Shown here piece by piece: positions 60,383-64,000 of a DNA stretch of 64,000 nt. Under the pieces are notes generated by a model that saw only the letters and a program-made list of their open reading frames with translations, was not told the DNA's origin and did no database searches. A program made the position numbers and the translations under genes. This stretch comes from Candidatus Poribacteria bacterium. Lineage in GTDB: Bacteria; Poribacteria; WGA-4E; PCPOR2b. Position 1 is the first letter of the stretch, and every line of letters starts with the position of its first letter. Where the stretch lies: the NCBI GenBank assembly GCA_965208325.1, contig OZ242326.1, forward strand, positions 1,088,001-1,152,000. Reading direction: 5' to 3'.

Positions 60383-60931
60383 ATGAAACGCGTGTGCGTA
60401 TTCTGCGGATCCAGTCTGGGAAGGAATCCGGTGTATGCTGAAGCCGCAAAGCAGTTAGGCAACGCCCTGGCAAACAGAAACCTAGGACTCGTTTACGGCG
60501 GCGCGAATATAGGCATGATGGGTGAGCTTGCCAACGCCGCCATTAATGCTGGCGGGGAAGTGATTGGCGTCGTACCAACGATATTCGTCGAGAAGGAACT
60601 CGCCCATGCCGCACTCTCTGACTTGCGCATCGTTGACTCTATGCACGAACGAAAAGCGCTCATGGCTGAACTTTCTGATGCGTTTATTGCTCTCCCTGGC
60701 GGATTCGGCACCCTCGACGAATTCTTCGAAATGGTAACGTGGACGCAACTTGGGCTGCACCATAAACCCTGCGGTGTTCTAAACGTGTGCGGGTATTTCA
60801 GCAAATTGACGGATTTCCTGGATTATGCGGTTTCGGAGGGGTTCATTAAGCCGCGCCATGGTTCATTGATACAGATTGATGAAAATCCGGAGGCGTTGCT
60901 CAAGAAATGTGAAAGTTTAATGCCCCACTGA
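60383..60931 (+). CDS. LOG family protein (nucleotide phosphoribohydrolase)
   Basis: CVFCGSS, LVYGG, MHERK, PGGFGTLDE motifs. Confidence 0.95.
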   Translation: MKRVCVFCGSSLGRNPVYAEAAKQLGNALANRNLGLVYGGANIGMMGELANAAINAGGEVIGVVPTIFVEKELAHAALSDLRIVDSMHERKALMAELSDAFIALPGGFGTLDEFFEMVTWTQLGLHHKPCGVLNVCGYFSKLTDFLDYAVSEGFIKPRHGSLIQIDENPEALLKKCESLMPH

Positions 60932-60967
60932 TTTTCTCGCTGCATGCATACCCCATTGGGATTTACG

Positions 60968-61382
60968 ATGTCGGAAGAGCAGAGGAATACCATAACTCCA
61001 TCAGATGAGTTTACGACTCCAGCTCAGGGAGAATTAGGTGAAATTTCCATTCTTTCGTCAATTGAGGAACGCATTATCCACGCGGATAATCCCCAGGATA
61101 TCGTCCTCTGGACGCAAGTGCGTGGGGAAATCATGCGGCAGGATGAGGAGGTAAAAAATCAGGAACATCAACGTTCATCGGAGAAAAGGCAGGTTCGGTA
61201 TAAAATGGTTTTTTCTGTTTAGTGCATTTGTCGTCGGTATAGGTATGCTTATTGGTGGTTTGACTTATCCAGGGTTATTCATATCCGGCGCGGGACTCTT
61301 TGGGTTCGTCCCGGACTACGTAAGAGCAATTTTGAAACTCTTCAGAGAAAAAGGCAGAGGAGGAGAAAATGCGGAAGGATAG
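60968..61382 (+). pseudogene. Two-TM membrane protein interrupted by a +1 frameshift
   Basis: ORF stops at TCT-GTT-TAG (61222); removing one T continues it as SAFVVGIGMLIGGLTYPGLFISGAGLFGFVPDYVRAILKLFREKGRGGENAEG to TAG 61382, overlapping the next gene. Confidence 0.65.
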
Positions 61383-62010
61383 AGCGGCATACTGTATAGC
61401 AGTTGGTGGATTTCTCGCTTTGCTCACAGCGGGATTGCTTTACTTAGTCGCACAGAATAGAATGACACCCGAAGTAAATCAGGTATTGGTGATTATTGCA
61501 GGTATGACTACAGTAGCTGCGCTTACAGCATTTCAACAATCCGTAGAGAATAGCGCATCACCTTCTTTCGTTAATGTCTCTTTTAATGAGGTTCTCGTGA
61601 GCCAGAGTCTTGCTGACGGGTATACAATACCTGACCCGTCTCGTGTTGATGAGGAGAAGGTTGCAGAACCATGGGAATTGAGTCTAGTGCAGCTAGTTGG
61701 GTCAGACAATTCATTGGCATTGGCAAAATTGCGAATGGAGCTTGAACGAGAACTGCGGCACATCGCCTACAATAACCAGACTGATATCAGTTCTCGTCCA
61801 TTAGGGGTTACTAGAATCGCACAAGAACTTGTGTCTCGAAATATATTACCCCCTACTTGGCTTGGTGCTTTGAAGGAAATTACGTACGTTTGCAATCAAG
61901 CGGTCCATGGAACGGAAATTCCTGACGATATCACTGCTTCCGTTGTGAGAGTTGGCGGCCAATTGCTTGAACAACTTCGATCCGTGCGAAACAACGGAGG
62001 GACATCATAA
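61369..62010 (+). CDS. Hypothetical membrane protein with C-terminal helical, possibly HEPN-like domain
   Basis: Two N-terminal TM helices; LAKLRMELERELR...CNQAVHG; GGAGGAG RBS. Confidence 0.65.
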   Translation: MRKDRAAYCIAVGGFLALLTAGLLYLVAQNRMTPEVNQVLVIIAGMTTVAALTAFQQSVENSASPSFVNVSFNEVLVSQSLADGYTIPDPSRVDEEKVAEPWELSLVQLVGSDNSLALAKLRMELERELRHIAYNNQTDISSRPLGVTRIAQELVSRNILPPTWLGALKEITYVCNQAVHGTEIPDDITASVVRVGGQLLEQLRSVRNNGGTS

Positions 62011-63026
62011 AAGCCGCAGTCTTTCATCAAGTCGGGAAATTAAGCGTACAGGATAAACCGGTGCCGACGCTCGATACAGGCGATGTCCTTGTCAAGGTTG
62101 ACCTTTGCGGTATCTGTGCATCTGACTTGGCAGCGCTCAACGGCGACATCACCGATTACTCACCGCCCGTCGTCATGGGGCATGAACTCGCAGGAATTGT
62201 CGCTGAAAGCCGACATCCCAACGTGACAGTCGGCGAGAACGTGACCGTGAATCCTATGCTGTCCTGTGGTAACTGTGATTATTGCCGGGCAGATTTGGAC
62301 AAGTATTGCTCGCAAATTGAGGGAATCGGACACGACATTGACGGCGGTTACGCTGAGTACCTCCGGATGCCAAAACACGGAATTGATACAGGCAAACTCA
62401 TCTCTGTACCAGATAGGATTCCGGCGGAAGAGCTAATTTTTCTGGAGCCGTTAGGATGCTGTATTAACGCGATGCGCGAAACAATCTTCGATAAAAGCCT
62501 GGCTATCTTGGGTGCAGGCCCCATTGGATTGATGTTCGTTAAACTAGCCAATAAGGCGGGATTGCGCGCGTTTGTTCTTGAACCGCTTGCGCATCGGCGG
62601 AGCGCCGCAATTGAATTGGGCGCAGACGCCGCTTTTGATAGTTCACCAGAGCAGGTCGAGGCGTTCATGGATAACACTAACGGCGGCGTGAATACTGTTA
62701 TCTCCGCGACTGTCAACAATCAGCGCGCGATAAATCTCGCCTTCGCGGTTGTGCGGCGAGGAGGCTGTATAAATTTCTTTGGATTGGCACCAAGTGATCA
62801 GGAATTGCGGATTAACCTCGAACATTTTCATTACTCAGGTCACAGACTAATGGCATCCTGGGCATTCTCCCGCTGGAGTTTGCGCGAAGCTCGTCGAATG
62901 ATTGTTGATGGAACGATTGACCTCAAGCCTTTGTTAACGCATAGATTTCCAATCGAAAAGGCCATTGAGGGGTTTGAAAACGCCCGGCAGCGGCACGGCG
63001 TGAAAAGCGCAATGAGCGGCGGATAA
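62007..63026 (+). CDS. Zinc-dependent alcohol dehydrogenase (MDR family), apparent ATA start
   Basis: GICASD, GHE, CGNCDYC...C, GAGPIG motifs; the frame extends upstream of GTG 62061 to ATA-AAA-GCC-GCA (KAAVFH). Confidence 0.9.
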   Translation: MKAAVFHQVGKLSVQDKPVPTLDTGDVLVKVDLCGICASDLAALNGDITDYSPPVVMGHELAGIVAESRHPNVTVGENVTVNPMLSCGNCDYCRADLDKYCSQIEGIGHDIDGGYAEYLRMPKHGIDTGKLISVPDRIPAEELIFLEPLGCCINAMRETIFDKSLAILGAGPIGLMFVKLANKAGLRAFVLEPLAHRRSAAIELGADAAFDSSPEQVEAFMDNTNGGVNTVISATVNNQRAINLAFAVVRRGGCINFFGLAPSDQELRINLEHFHYSGHRLMASWAFSRWSLREARRMIVDGTIDLKPLLTHRFPIEKAIEGFENARQRHGVKSAMSGG

Positions 63027-63079
63027 ATCATTGGGCGCTGTTACTCCAAGCAACTTCTCCTACTTGAAAACAAATCATC

Positions 63080-64000
63080 ATGAACACATTAAAGGCATAC
63101 CTTGAACTTATTCGTTATCCCCTCTTCGCCATCCCAATCGTTGCAACGCTACCCGGTGCATTGATTGCTTCAGAGGGTGCGTGGAATTGGCGCGTCGGAC
63201 TAACGCTGCTCATCGCGCTGCTCGGCTACTTCGCGGGCATGATGAAGAACGACTATTTCCACCGCGATCAGGACTATATTGCACATCCGAACCGCCCGAT
63301 TCCGTCAAACCGTCTCACACCGCGGCAGGTAATGATTACCGCAAGCGGCATTTACATCATCTGCGTCATTTTGGGTTTCACGCTGCACATCAAAGCCGGG
63401 CTTCTGGTGATTGCCCTAGTGATGATTTCACATTCTTATAACGCCATCTTCAAGGAACGCGGCATACTGGGAAGCATTAGCCTTCCCATTGGCATCGGTC
63501 TGCTCAACATTTTTGGAGCGCTGGCCGTAAGCGGCGGCGTGCCGCGTTTGGTCTGGTATGCCTTCGCCGCCACGACGCTCTACGACTGCGGAACGCACAT
63601 CACCACAACCTTCAAGGATATTGAGCGTGACAAGAAAATTGGTGTTACCACCACCCCTTTACAATTGGGAATCAAGCCAGCCCTTGCCGTTTCTGCTGCG
63701 GCAACCATTATTGCCTTTATTGCCGCTGCCTTGCCGTACTGGCTAGAAGATGTTCGTTGGCATTATACGGTGTGGATTATTTTTGCATTGATAGCAACAA
63801 GTATCACCCGTGTTCCGTTATATCTGAATCCGAACGAGAAGAACGGCTATCTTGCCCTGCAGGGTTCCATGATTGGCGCAATTACGTTTTTCCCTTGCCT
63901 CATCAGTGTTCAGATTTCTCTCTGGGGTTCGGCGCTGCTAATCTTGCCTTTGATGTTGTTGACGATGACACTGCTAAACGTGAGCAAGCGCGAGGTCTGA
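63080..64000 (+). CDS. UbiA family prenyltransferase (DGGGP-synthase-like)
   Basis: NDYFHRDQD....PNRPIPS, YN...K and KDIERD...G..T motifs; multiple TM helices; stop TGA at the window end. Confidence 0.88.
   Translation: MNTLKAYLELIRYPLFAIPIVATLPGALIASEGAWNWRVGLTLLIALLGYFAGMMKNDYFHRDQDYIAHPNRPIPSNRLTPRQVMITASGIYIICVILGFTLHIKAGLLVIALVMISHSYNAIFKERGILGSISLPIGIGLLNIFGALAVSGGVPRLVWYAFAATTLYDCGTHITTTFKDIERDKKIGVTTTPLQLGIKPALAVSAAATIIAFIAAALPYWLEDVRWHYTVWIIFALIATSITRVPLYLNPNEKNGYLALQGSMIGAITFFPCLISVQISLWGSALLILPLMLLTMTLLNVSKREV

Noticed and set aside
60383..60931. LOG gene as a SLOG-type defence sensor for the downstream cassette
   Set aside because: It looks like a canonical stand-alone LOG protein; adjacency alone is insufficient.

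Overview
Bacterial chromosomal window of about 50% GC. Three tandem secreted WD40 proteins, three phytanoyl-CoA dioxygenase-family genes, Gfo/Idh/MocA oxidoreductases, a GH116 hydrolase and TPR proteins resemble Candidatus Poribacteria (inference from gene content, not a database result). Housekeeping content: a variant dcw cluster (rsmH-ftsL-ftsI-murE-alpha/beta hydrolase-membrane-anchored MurF-like ligase-ddl, no mraZ), rpsU, cysC, coaBC, topA, accD and rpiA. An accessory/defence island at about 23.4-33.4 kb holds a 1.5-kb composite palindromic array, an intact type I hsdM, a doubly frameshifted hsdS, an AAA ATPase with a DUF4276-like/antitoxin chimera, and PIN-type toxin-antitoxin genes; no hsdR is in the window. 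The most striking structure is a 1.44-kb insertion between hsdM and hsdS, bracketed by a degenerate 33-bp duplication of their junction. It carries a GxxExxY (PD-(D/E)XK-like) nuclease gene inside inverted arms built from four GGAT units spaced 9-8-9 nt, plus gene-less copies of the same arms, suggesting a small-nuclease mobile element with non-autonomous derivatives. Several other short palindromic repeat families are present, one nested inside another and one possibly inserted in frame in a protein. No rRNA, tRNA or CRISPR array was recognised.
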